DNA from: Candidatus Saccharimonadia bacterium
Lineage (GTDB): Bacteria > Patescibacteriota > Saccharimonadia > UBA4664
DNA: 64,000 nucleotides
Direction: 5' to 3'
Assembly: GCA_038245115.1 (NCBI GenBank)
Contig: JBBRSS010000004.1
Coordinates: 1,804 to 65,803 of the forward strand
Positions 1-8,665 of this stretch are shown one piece after another (within the stretch, counting starts at the first letter, position 1; each line of letters starts with the position of its first letter). The notes under the pieces are model-generated. The model did not search any database. It saw only the letters and a program-made list of their open reading frames with translations, and was not told the origin of the DNA. The position numbers and the translations under genes are program-made.

Positions 1-120
1 GCTAATCACTACCGGCGCCGGTTCAACCAACGGCCGATGGTACCTACCGCACGGCACATTCTACGCCGGCAACAACAATGCCAACATTGACCTCCAGTGG
101 CTCTACGTCAAGAATGGTCT

Positions 121-787
121 CTACGGTTTCGCCAGCGGCGTACCGGTCAACCCCCGCAACCAGTTTAGGAATCGCTTCATCACCATTACCAATGCCAATG
201 GCTCGGCAGTGACTTGGAAGGGCCCGTAGGCTTTGCCTCCAAATTGCTCAGTCCTAAGCAACGGCTCATTAGCCTCTAAACCAGCTTTTGCATCTGCCGA
301 AGTTAATCCACTCCACCACATAAAATCTTGGAGAGTTGCCGGTCCATGGCTCGTAAAGGAGCGCTTCATTAAATATTTTTCGGGATATTTGCAGTGTATT
401 ATCGTCTATCCCTAATTGCTCTCGCCTTCGTTTAGCCCCTTTTAGTAGCCGCAGCGCCGACAGCCCAACCAGCCATTTTGCATCCCGGGCGGGCACCATA
501 TGTAGCGTTCCCCGCTGCGGCCAGGTCCGGATAATCGCGCCAGTTTCAATTTCGCGTATGATCTCTTTTTGTGTTTTTCCCGTCCGCAAACCCAGCGCCC
601 ATAACGTGCCGTTATAGTCCTGGGCTTGCATCGCACCCATGTACCCAACGATTTCGCCAGGGTTCAGCTTATGGCTGCCGGCAATGTTCTGGCTGAGCAG
701 CCTCAGAGTGGTGATATCTTGAGTAGTCACTTTGTAATAATAGCAAAAACCGTACCATATTTGCGTCCACTCGCAATACATAAGCAT
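121..787 (-). pseudogene. Winged-helix DNA-binding (YcaQ/DUF1006-like) gene, frame-shifted and probably truncated. Two ORFs, 269..787 and 121..369, lie in different frames and overlap by about 100 nt.
   Basis: The 172-aa N-terminal ORF (..GAMQAQDYNGTLWALGLR..) and the 82-aa ORF (..GPATLQDFMWWSGL..) both resemble successive parts of the YcaQ winged-helix family. A frame change lies between 269 and 369, and too little C-terminus follows. Confidence 0.4.
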
Positions 788-808
788 TTAGCATAATATT
801 GCGATACT

Positions 809-1660
809 ATGTCTTGGCAACTCCTCACAGTGATAAGCGTTTTAGGGTTATCGGTATCAATCCTTCTGCAGCGGGTCTTGCTCCACAAACACAAAACCGA
901 CCCGGTCGCATATTCGGCGCTATTCCAGGCAATAACAGCTGCCATCATCGCGGTGTTCGCGGTGGCAAATGGTTTTAGCTTAGCCGGCATCGACGGCGTT
1001 TGGCTCATATCGATTGTATGCATTGTGCTATATGGATTCGGAACAGTAATTTACGCCAAAACTTTGCAATACGTCGAAGCATCAGCGTTTTCGGTCCTGT
1101 TTGCTACCCATGCTGTCTGGGTGATGGCACTTGGGATTTTGCTGTTTCACGAGCACATCACCACCCTACAGATACTTGGGACTGGCCTAATATTTTCGAG
1201 TGTTATCTTTCTCATCAAGAATATCCGTACACTGAGTCTAGATAAGGGTACGGCCTACGGCTTGCTAACGGGATTAATTTACGGTGGGGCAGTTACGAGT
1301 TGGGCCTACGTGGGCCGCGAAATCGATACCCTTAGCTGGGCGGCATTCAGTTTCGCCGGCTCAGCCCTTGTCTCTTTTATGGTCAAGCCAAGCTCGTCCA
1401 GCAAGATTTTACCCATGCTCAAGGGTGTAATTCTGCCCAAAATGCTGCTTCTCGGCCTGTTTTACGGCATAGGCAGCGTTGCTATGCTATTCGCCTATAA
1501 ATACGGTAGTCTGACCTTGGTATCCCCACTTCGGCAGACGGGTATTGTCGTCACCACCCTCCTAGCCCTGTTCTTTTTAAAGAGCGAGCGGAATCGAATT
1601 TCTCGCAAGTTAATTGCCGCCGCCGTTTGCTTCGTCGGTATCGTGTTAATTATCGTCTAA
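809..1660 (+). CDS. EamA/DMT-superfamily transporter, 10 TM
   Basis: 283 aa, ten hydrophobic segments in the duplicated 5+5 EamA arrangement; no other motifs. Confidence 0.55.
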   Translation: MSWQLLTVISVLGLSVSILLQRVLLHKHKTDPVAYSALFQAITAAIIAVFAVANGFSLAGIDGVWLISIVCIVLYGFGTVIYAKTLQYVEASAFSVLFATHAVWVMALGILLFHEHITTLQILGTGLIFSSVIFLIKNIRTLSLDKGTAYGLLTGLIYGGAVTSWAYVGREIDTLSWAAFSFAGSALVSFMVKPSSSSKILPMLKGVILPKMLLLGLFYGIGSVAMLFAYKYGSLTLVSPLRQTGIVVTTLLALFFLKSERNRISRKLIAAAVCFVGIVLIIV

Positions 1661-1671
1661 ATAAGGCCGGG

Positions 1672-3855
1672 TTATCGCCGCACACGTGAGAGCTTCGATG
1701 GCCACCAAATACTGTGGCCAATGTCGTAAGATAACGCCGGGACCAGGAGTGATCTCACGATTATTGTGTCTAACAACACCCCGAATGCAACTATAAACGC
1801 GAGCTGGGCCAAGAACAGAATCGGTATAATCGCGAGGGCCGCAAAGGTGGCTGCCAAGACCATTCCCGCCGAGGTAATAACACTGCCCGTTACTCCCAGC
1901 CCACGCAATATCCCCGGACGGGTACCAATTTTCAACGACTCCTCGCGCACTCGAGTCATGAGAAAAATATTGTAATCAACGCCGAGCGCCACCAAGAACA
2001 CAAAACCAAATAATGGCACCGTTGGATCTGCCCCAGGGAAGTTTAGTAGATGGTTAAATACCAGAGCCGACACGCCCAAGGTTGCAGCGTAGCTAATAAC
2101 CACACTCAAGATTAGCAGGATAGGCGCCAAGATAGAACGTAGCAATAGCATCAGTATCAGCAAAATTACCACCAGTACGATCGGGATTATCCTGTAGAGG
2201 TCGGCGCGAGCAGTATCGTTACTATCGATAGCGATAGCGGTCACACCGCCAACTTTCACGGTAGAGTCCGTACTCGGTAACGCCTGCCTTAGGTTACGTA
2301 CCACCAGCTCGGCCGCCGCCGAGTCAGCCTGGTCTATTAGGGTGGCATTAATGAGCGCTTTGCCATCAACAACTTTGGGTGCTGGACGATTGGAGGCCGT
2401 GGGGTCGACCGGTCCAGCGTAAATGTAGGCAGCCCCGATGCCGGCGGTGCCCCCGACCGCTTTGAGAGTATCCTGAGCCTTGGCTTCATCGGTAATAATA
2501 GCCACCGGACTGCCCGATCCGGCGTCGAAATGCTTGCCAAGCGCCTGCTGCCCGTCAACCGCCTCCGACTTTGACAGAATCAGGGCGGTTTGGGAGACGC
2601 CGCTGGCTTTGAGTTGCGGCAAGCCCAAAATACAGGCCCCTAGAACAGCCAAAGCGACCAGCCAAGTCGTCCGCGGTCGACGCGCAATTAGGCTGCCAAC
2701 TCCCCTCCAAAAGCCGGGAATGCCCTCAAGCCCAGTTGCATTGTTTGTGGTATTCGCATGCGGGTGGGCGAGATTAATTTTGGGCGTTAGCGGCCAGTAT
2801 GCCTTGCGTCCAAAGGCAAACAGTAGCGCCGGCAGCAGCGACATCGCGGCCAGGAATGAGAAGAAAATGCCGATGGCGGCAATCGGACCCAGGCTGCGGT
2901 TGGAATTGAGGTCAGAGAATAATAGGCAAAGCAGGGCCAAAATTACCGTTGCGGCTGACGCGGCTATTGGCTCTATCGAGTTTTTTATGGCATGCATAAT
3001 CGCTACCCATTTACTCTCGACTGTTTCCAGGGCTTCACGATAACGAGCGCAAAGCAACAGTGAGTAATCTGTCGCTGCGCCGATCACCAGTATGGATAGA
3101 ATGCCCTGGCTCTGCCCGTTGAGTTTAATCCAGCCCCAACTAGCCATGAAGTAGACCAGTAATATTGCAGCAGTAAGGGCGAACATGGCAGTAAACAGAA
3201 CCACAAAGGGCAGTATTATTGATCGGTAAACCAAGAGCAAAATAACAAAAACCGCCCCAATAGCTACCAGTAACAAAATACCGTCAATTCCGCCGAAGGC
3301 AGATACGAGGTCGGCGGTTAGTCCCGCCGGGCCCGTTACGTATCCAACAGTCCCATCTGGCGTATTGGCGCTCACTTGCTTACGTAGCTCCTTTACAACC
3401 ACGCCCACATTGTTGGTATCAGCCACGGGGACGATATATTCTACGGCCAAACCGTCTACCGATGGTATCGGACCCGCCACCGCTGTAGACTGTCCCGCCG
3501 GAGCTGACTGAACTCCGCTAACTGAGCCCAAATTCACGCCCAGCTTCACCAACTGAGGCAGTTGTGACGGAGTAATTTTGACGGGGGAGGTTACTACTAC
3601 AATTGCCGGAATAGATTTGGAGGCCGCAAACTTAGCTTGAACAGATTGGACTTTGGTACTCTCGGCGCTCGCTGGCAAAAACGATGCCTGATCATTGCTC
3701 GACACCGATTTGAGCTTGCCGAAAGTCGGCCCTCCTACACCTGCCGCAATAAACCACCCAACTATAACAATTGCCGGCAGCACAATTCGCACCCAACGGG
3801 CGGGTCCGTTATTGGGCATTGGTTTCACAGCTTCTCGTTTTGGTGAATGTGGCAT
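1672..3855 (-). CDS. MMPL-family (RND superfamily) membrane transporter
   Basis: 727 aa with two 6-TM bundles, each followed by a large extracytoplasmic loop. Carries the MMPL-typical GVDYNIFLMTRVREE signature. Confidence 0.8.
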   Translation of the reverse strand: MPHSPKREAVKPMPNNGPARWVRIVLPAIVIVGWFIAAGVGGPTFGKLKSVSSNDQASFLPASAESTKVQSVQAKFAASKSIPAIVVVTSPVKITPSQLPQLVKLGVNLGSVSGVQSAPAGQSTAVAGPIPSVDGLAVEYIVPVADTNNVGVVVKELRKQVSANTPDGTVGYVTGPAGLTADLVSAFGGIDGILLLVAIGAVFVILLLVYRSIILPFVVLFTAMFALTAAILLVYFMASWGWIKLNGQSQGILSILVIGAATDYSLLLCARYREALETVESKWVAIMHAIKNSIEPIAASAATVILALLCLLFSDLNSNRSLGPIAAIGIFFSFLAAMSLLPALLFAFGRKAYWPLTPKINLAHPHANTTNNATGLEGIPGFWRGVGSLIARRPRTTWLVALAVLGACILGLPQLKASGVSQTALILSKSEAVDGQQALGKHFDAGSGSPVAIITDEAKAQDTLKAVGGTAGIGAAYIYAGPVDPTASNRPAPKVVDGKALINATLIDQADSAAAELVVRNLRQALPSTDSTVKVGGVTAIAIDSNDTARADLYRIIPIVLVVILLILMLLLRSILAPILLILSVVISYAATLGVSALVFNHLLNFPGADPTVPLFGFVFLVALGVDYNIFLMTRVREESLKIGTRPGILRGLGVTGSVITSAGMVLAATFAALAIIPILFLAQLAFIVAFGVLLDTIIVRSLLVPALSYDIGHSIWWPSKLSRVRR

Positions 3856-3967
3856 AAAATTTTAACTTTCAGGCTCTTATAACTCCACAATTTTAGTCCA
3901 TGTCGTGATCTAAAGTAAAACAGGCGCAGTTGCGTGGCACTAGCTAGGTTTCGGCGAGCAAATGACC

Positions 3968-3983
3968 TGTGATCTTAATCACA
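3968..3983. promoter_or_regulatory. Perfect CRP-family palindrome TGTGATCTTAATCACA in the divergent MMPL / cytochrome-b-like intergenic region
   Basis: TGTGA-N6-TCACA read directly from the sequence. It sits 86 bp upstream of the 4069 start and about 113 bp upstream of the 3855 start. Confidence 0.45.
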
Positions 3984-4068
3984 CTGTACGGCACAGCATA
4001 AGTGGTATATTTAACAAAATAATAATGACGCCGCTCGCGAGTTTCGCTCGTCGGTCGCCAAGGAACAA

Positions 4069-5478
4069 ATGGCTAAACGCAATTCTTCTTCCAGACCAAT
4101 TCGCACTGCCCTGCAAAATCTCATGATTCGCGATGTCCCGTCCTATGCCAACAAGTTCGCCTATTCGCTGGGTTTTCTTTCGGCCGTCTCATTCTTTTTG
4201 CTAGTTGCCACCGGCATTATTATGGCTATGGCCGGGCCTCATTGGTGGATAACCAGCTCCTTAGGGCAGTATCTGCGCAGCTTCCATCTCTGGGCTACCC
4301 AAGCCTTCGTCGTATTTATCCTGCTGCATTTAACGATTGTATTTCTAACGTCAGGCTACAAAGGCTCCCGCAAATTCACCTGGGTGCTGGGCGTCTTGAT
4401 GTTCTTCTTTGCTCTAGCCGAAGCCGAATTCGGTTACGTATTGCGTGGAGATTTCTCCTCTCAATACCGCAGCCTGCAGGGTTCCGACCTCTACAACGGC
4501 AGCGGTATAGGCTGGGTTCTCAACAACCTCAACACCGGTCAAGTCATGGGCATTCACATTGCAGTATTGCCGCTGACCTTAATTGTCCTCATTCTGGCCC
4601 ATTATTTTCTTGTGCGGGTCCTTGGTATTGGCAAGCCGTCACCGGCCGCCGACGCTTACCCGATGGTCAAAGCGAATCACGGCTTACTATTTTGGCGCGG
4701 CGGTACCGTAATTGCGCTGGTGGCGGCCTTGGCCTTTGCTTACCCTTCGCCCTATTTGGCGCCGCTGACTATCAGCAAGATTGCCAGTGACGATCCGGCG
4801 CTAATTTCGCAAACCCTCGTTAAGGAATTTGACGGCACATCCGACACCGCCACCTATAAAAACAATATTGCCCCGTACACGTTTAATTCGCGGTCCGTCT
4901 ATATCGAGGCCCCCTATACGCAGCTTAAGGCTACCCAGACCACTCCTAGCCAATTGAAGCTGTTCCTGGCACAGCCAGCCGAGGTTCAAAAGACGCAGCT
5001 TGATGCCGCCACGGCGTTTTATGCTGCCGACCCAGTGAGCAAAACGCTGCCCAAGGGCAACCAGGCCATCGCCGTAGTCGACAGCCTTACGACCATGGCA
5101 AAAAGCGGCCTCTACGAAGCCGCTCTGCGCGACAGCAACGGATCCGGCTACCAAACTACTTATGTGGTCAGGTTCTTGTCTGATACTGGTGTACCCGAAG
5201 AAACCGCCACTAGTATGAATATGACCACAGATCAATACGGCATGGTTCGCGAAGAGGCCAACAGCCAAGCACCCGGCGCTTGGTGGCTGGCACCAATCGG
5301 GTTGCTCAACCACACCGTCCTGGCCAAAGATGAGGACAACGGCGACCGCGACGGTGCTATCATTATTGGCACCTCCTTGCTTCTGTTGCTGGCCTTTCCC
5401 TTTATTCCGTTCCTAAACCGGCTTCCTGAGGTGTTGCGTATACGCAAGCTGTTTTGGCGCAAACCAAGCTCCAAGTAG
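4069..5478 (+). CDS. Di-heme cytochrome b N-terminal-domain protein (b6 type) fused to a roughly 200-aa extracytoplasmic domain between two extra TM helices
   Basis: Helix B carries H-x13-H (FHLWATQAFVVFILLH) and helix D carries H-x14-H (GIHIAVLPLTLIVLILAH), which is the b6-type spacing. RKFTWVLGVLMFFFALAEAEFGYVLRGDFSSQ matches the cytochrome b TW..G....AF.GYVLPWGQMS block. The quinol-site C-terminal domain is absent, replaced by a TM, a soluble domain and a final TM. Confidence 0.65.
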   Translation: MAKRNSSSRPIRTALQNLMIRDVPSYANKFAYSLGFLSAVSFFLLVATGIIMAMAGPHWWITSSLGQYLRSFHLWATQAFVVFILLHLTIVFLTSGYKGSRKFTWVLGVLMFFFALAEAEFGYVLRGDFSSQYRSLQGSDLYNGSGIGWVLNNLNTGQVMGIHIAVLPLTLIVLILAHYFLVRVLGIGKPSPAADAYPMVKANHGLLFWRGGTVIALVAALAFAYPSPYLAPLTISKIASDDPALISQTLVKEFDGTSDTATYKNNIAPYTFNSRSVYIEAPYTQLKATQTTPSQLKLFLAQPAEVQKTQLDAATAFYAADPVSKTLPKGNQAIAVVDSLTTMAKSGLYEAALRDSNGSGYQTTYVVRFLSDTGVPEETATSMNMTTDQYGMVREEANSQAPGAWWLAPIGLLNHTVLAKDEDNGDRDGAIIIGTSLLLLLAFPFIPFLNRLPEVLRIRKLFWRKPSSK

Positions 5479-5540
5479 TTATCGCAAGGTTCTCCTGTCC
5501 TTCTCATCTAATTCTAAGCAAATCGTAGTACATTTGGCTC

Positions 5541-5993
5541 ATGAAAAAACTCTTACTAGGTGCATTTGTTGTCGGAAGCTATATCATATATAGCTTCCAT
5601 CAGCGCGGGGAGGGATCAGCGGCCGTGGTGCCGCCATCTATCCAATCCACGCCGCCCGCCTCAGGGGCTACTGCCACTCCAGGTGCTGCCTCTACGCCTG
5701 CTGTTGCCTATAAGGACGGGCAATATACCGGCCAGTCTGCCGATGCCTACTACGGCTACATTCAGGTAAAAGTGACGATCTCCGGGGGTAAACTGTCCAA
5801 CGTTGAATTCTTGCAATCTCCCAGTGATCGATCCACCTCGGTGCGAATTAACTCTCAAGCCATGCCCTACCTCAAACAGGAGGCCATACAGGCTCAGAGC
5901 GCCGGCGTAGACGGTGTTTCTGGCGCCACCGATACCAGCCAAGCTTTCATCCAGTCCCTAACATCTGCGCTCAAAGCCGCACAAGCAGCTTGA
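5541..5993 (+). CDS. Membrane-anchored FMN-binding-domain protein (FMN_bind), predicted ApbE flavinylation substrate
   Basis: N-terminal TM (LLLGAFVVGSYIIYSF), a Pro/Ala/Thr linker, the YKDGQYTG FMN_bind start, and the flavinylation motif VDGVSGAT (Thr codon at 5928-5930). Confidence 0.75.
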   Translation: MKKLLLGAFVVGSYIIYSFHQRGEGSAAVVPPSIQSTPPASGATATPGAASTPAVAYKDGQYTGQSADAYYGYIQVKVTISGGKLSNVEFLQSPSDRSTSVRINSQAMPYLKQEAIQAQSAGVDGVSGATDTSQAFIQSLTSALKAAQAA

Positions 5994-6733
5994 AACAGAC
6001 CCGACAAATAATGGGTATGCCGGTGACGCTTATTGTCGAGGATGAAACTGCCTCCGCAGACATATTTGATCAAGCCTATGCTTATTTTACGAAGGTCGAT
6101 CAAGCCTACAGCCCGTACATCGCCACCAGCGAAGTCTCGCGAATTAACTCTGGCCTGCCCGAATCTGATTGGAGCCCCCAAATTACCGAGGTCGCGCAAC
6201 TATGCCGCGACACCTCCACTGCCACCGATGGCTATTTCGACGCCTGGCATCACGGCAAATTCGATCCCTCCGGTATCGTCAAGGGCTGGGCTATCAATAA
6301 TGCCGCCAAGCTATTGAGCAGCCTTGGTTGTCAAAATTATTACGTTGAAGCGGGTGGCGACATTCAGGTGAGCGGTTTTAACGCTTCGCACGAACCTTGG
6401 CATATTGGCATTCGCAACCCGTTTGATCGCCGGCAGAACGTCAAGGTGGTCTCGCTTAGTACCCAGGGAATTGCCACCTCGGGGCTTTATATCCGCGGCG
6501 CACATATATACAACCCACACGATGATAAAGCGCAACTTTCCGAAGTCGCTTCTCTGAGCGTCATCGGGCCAAATATTTACGAAGCCGACCGCTTCGCCAC
6601 CGCTGCTTTTGCAATGGGCCCTGCCGGCATCAATTTTATCGAGTCGCTGCCGGGCCTAGAGGCTTATATGATAAATAAGTCAGGCCAGGCGACGCTCACA
6701 AGCGGCTTCGAGCAGTATGTGAGGGCTAATTGA
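5990..6733 (+). CDS. apbE: ApbE-family FAD:protein FMN transferase (short form with no signal peptide)
   Basis: MGMPVTLIV, FDPSGIVKGWA, AGGDI and NPHD blocks of ApbE. TTG start in a TTGA overlap with the upstream stop. 247 aa beginning directly at the conserved MG.P block. Paralog of 13712..14449. Confidence 0.7.
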   Translation: MKQTRQIMGMPVTLIVEDETASADIFDQAYAYFTKVDQAYSPYIATSEVSRINSGLPESDWSPQITEVAQLCRDTSTATDGYFDAWHHGKFDPSGIVKGWAINNAAKLLSSLGCQNYYVEAGGDIQVSGFNASHEPWHIGIRNPFDRRQNVKVVSLSTQGIATSGLYIRGAHIYNPHDDKAQLSEVASLSVIGPNIYEADRFATAAFAMGPAGINFIESLPGLEAYMINKSGQATLTSGFEQYVRAN

Positions 6734-8247
6734 TGAAATATCTCGATAAATTCCTCGACCGCATCACCATGTACCATTTGTTGGTCTATTACTTGTACGC
6801 GCTTCTGGGTGCTGCCATGCTATTGAGTGCAGTTGGCGCCTTGGCATATAATCCGCTGGCAATCGCTATTTCTGCCGGTTATTTAGTAGCGGTTTGCCTG
6901 GTAGCCAACCGTGTCTTTGCGGCCATCTTTAAAGCCCCAAGCAATCCTGAGTCATCCCTCATTACTGCCCTCATTTTGGCTTTAATTATTACGCCGCTAG
7001 CCTCTATCCAGAGCCTGGTATTCTTAACTGCCGCCGCCGGGCTCGCTATTGCCTCAAAGTATTTACTGACCATCCGGGGACGGCACATTTTTAACCCCGC
7101 CGCAGTGGCCGTAGCACTAACGGCGGTGGGCGCCGGCGAATCTGCCAGCTGGTGGGTGGGCAGCGCGGCTCTAGCTCCGGTGGTGATCATTGGCGGCATC
7201 ATGTTAGTACGCAAGGTCAGGCGGGTCCAGATGGTGGCGCTGTTCATTATCACTGCCGTGGTCGCTACGTCTATATTAACCATCATCAGCCAAGGCAATG
7301 TCGTCGGCGAAATCCAAAAAACCTTCCTGCAGTCATCATTGCTCTTTCTTGCATTTGTGATGCTCACTGAGCCGTTGACCTCGCCCGCACAAAGTCGTCA
7401 TCAACGCTGGTATGCCATATTGGCCGGGGTACTCTTTCCGCCCCAGATTCATTTGCTGTCGCTCTATTCCACGCCCGAACTTGTGCTGCTAATTAGTAAC
7501 ATCTATGCCTATATCGTTAATCCCAAGGTCAAGCTGTTGCCTTTGCTCCAAAAAAAGATTTCTTGGGGTCCGAATACTGCCGATTTTGTCTTTGCCCTCG
7601 ACCAGCCGATAGATTATTTGCCGGGACAATATATGGAATTTACTTTGCCGCACTCCAAACCGGACTCTCGCGGCAGCCGGCGTTACTTTACACTCGCGTC
7701 GTCACCAACTGAAAATAATCTTCGCTTGGGCGTTAAATTCTATCCCCGAGGCAGTACATTCAAACAGGCACTTCGCAACATGGGCAAGACTACGCCCTTC
7801 GCTGCGGCCCAGTTGAGTGGCGACTTTGTTCTCCCCAACGACTCTACCCGCAAACTCGCCTTCGTCGCCGGCGGTATCGGCGTGACACCATTTAGGAGTA
7901 TGATCAAATACTTGTCCGACACCGACGACCCCAGATCTGTGACCTTATTGTATTCCGAGCGGACCGCGGCCGATTTGGCGTACGTTGATGTATTCACGGC
8001 CGCCCAAGCCAAACCTGGGACCAAAATTGTCTATACCCTCACCGATGCCAACACAGCGGTACCGACAGGCATGCAGGCTGGGTTCATTACTGCCGAAATT
8101 ATTCAAGCCGAAATTCCTGACTACAAAGACCGTCTTTTCTACATTTCCGGGTCTCATTCTATGGTAAGTGCTATGCAGTCAGCCCTAGGCGAGCTCGGAG
8201 TATCTAAGCACAATATTAAGATTGATTTCTTCCCCGGCTACGTTTAA
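6733..8247 (+). CDS. Fusion of a polytopic membrane domain (NqrB/RnfD-like, HIFNPA motif) with an FNR-type FAD/NAD(P)-binding oxidoreductase domain
   Basis: N-terminal ~270 aa with about 8 TM and GRHIFNPAAV. C-terminal RRYFTLASSP (FAD RxYS/T motif) and AFVAGGIGVTPF (NAD GGxGxxP). TGATG overlap with apbE. Confidence 0.6.
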   Translation: MKYLDKFLDRITMYHLLVYYLYALLGAAMLLSAVGALAYNPLAIAISAGYLVAVCLVANRVFAAIFKAPSNPESSLITALILALIITPLASIQSLVFLTAAAGLAIASKYLLTIRGRHIFNPAAVAVALTAVGAGESASWWVGSAALAPVVIIGGIMLVRKVRRVQMVALFIITAVVATSILTIISQGNVVGEIQKTFLQSSLLFLAFVMLTEPLTSPAQSRHQRWYAILAGVLFPPQIHLLSLYSTPELVLLISNIYAYIVNPKVKLLPLLQKKISWGPNTADFVFALDQPIDYLPGQYMEFTLPHSKPDSRGSRRYFTLASSPTENNLRLGVKFYPRGSTFKQALRNMGKTTPFAAAQLSGDFVLPNDSTRKLAFVAGGIGVTPFRSMIKYLSDTDDPRSVTLLYSERTAADLAYVDVFTAAQAKPGTKIVYTLTDANTAVPTGMQAGFITAEIIQAEIPDYKDRLFYISGSHSMVSAMQSALGELGVSKHNIKIDFFPGYV

Positions 8248-8266
8248 TTGGTGGCCCACTGTAACC

Positions 8267-8665
8267 TTACTTATCGCGCCGGTGATCAATTCGCTCACCA
8301 AAAACTTGTGCATCCTGGCCAGCTGGGTAGCCACCCTGCATAGTCTTTTCTTCGGCGCCCGCAACATCTAGCGCAACTCCGCCCGAAGACCTCAGGACAA
8401 GGTTAAACACAAAGCCGTTCACGTAACCAATCAACCATCCGATGGCAAAGTAGACAACGGGTAACACAAACAGTGACAAGGCACCGATCGTCATACCCAT
8501 AAGCAACCCCTGTATCAAACTATCGGTGGCATTCGTGTACGCAATTGTCCCGCTAAACAAATACATTATTGACACTACCAGACCAATAATCGCACCAAAC
8601 ACACCCTCAAACATCGCTACTGTTGATGGCTTAATTCCTGTAACCATTACCTCTCGTTCATTCAT
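8267..8665 (-). CDS. Hypothetical small membrane protein (3-4 TM)
   Basis: ORF of 132 aa with hydrophobic helices, convergent with the upstream redox module. Confidence 0.4.
   Translation of the reverse strand: MNEREVMVTGIKPSTVAMFEGVFGAIIGLVVSIMYLFSGTIAYTNATDSLIQGLLMGMTIGALSLFVLPVVYFAIGWLIGYVNGFVFNLVLRSSGGVALDVAGAEEKTMQGGYPAGQDAQVFGERIDHRRDK

Noticed and set aside
2480-3043. 187-aa plus-strand ORF (and several shorter ones) antisense to the MMPL gene
   Set aside because: Lies entirely inside a well-supported 727-aa transporter gene on the opposite strand. The sequence is Arg/Ala/Pro-rich, as expected for a GC-rich antisense frame.
4242-4790. 182-aa ORF in an alternative frame of the cytochrome-b-like gene
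   Set aside because: Overlaps the heme-ligand helices of the primary frame; Arg/Leu/Gln-rich composition with no motifs.
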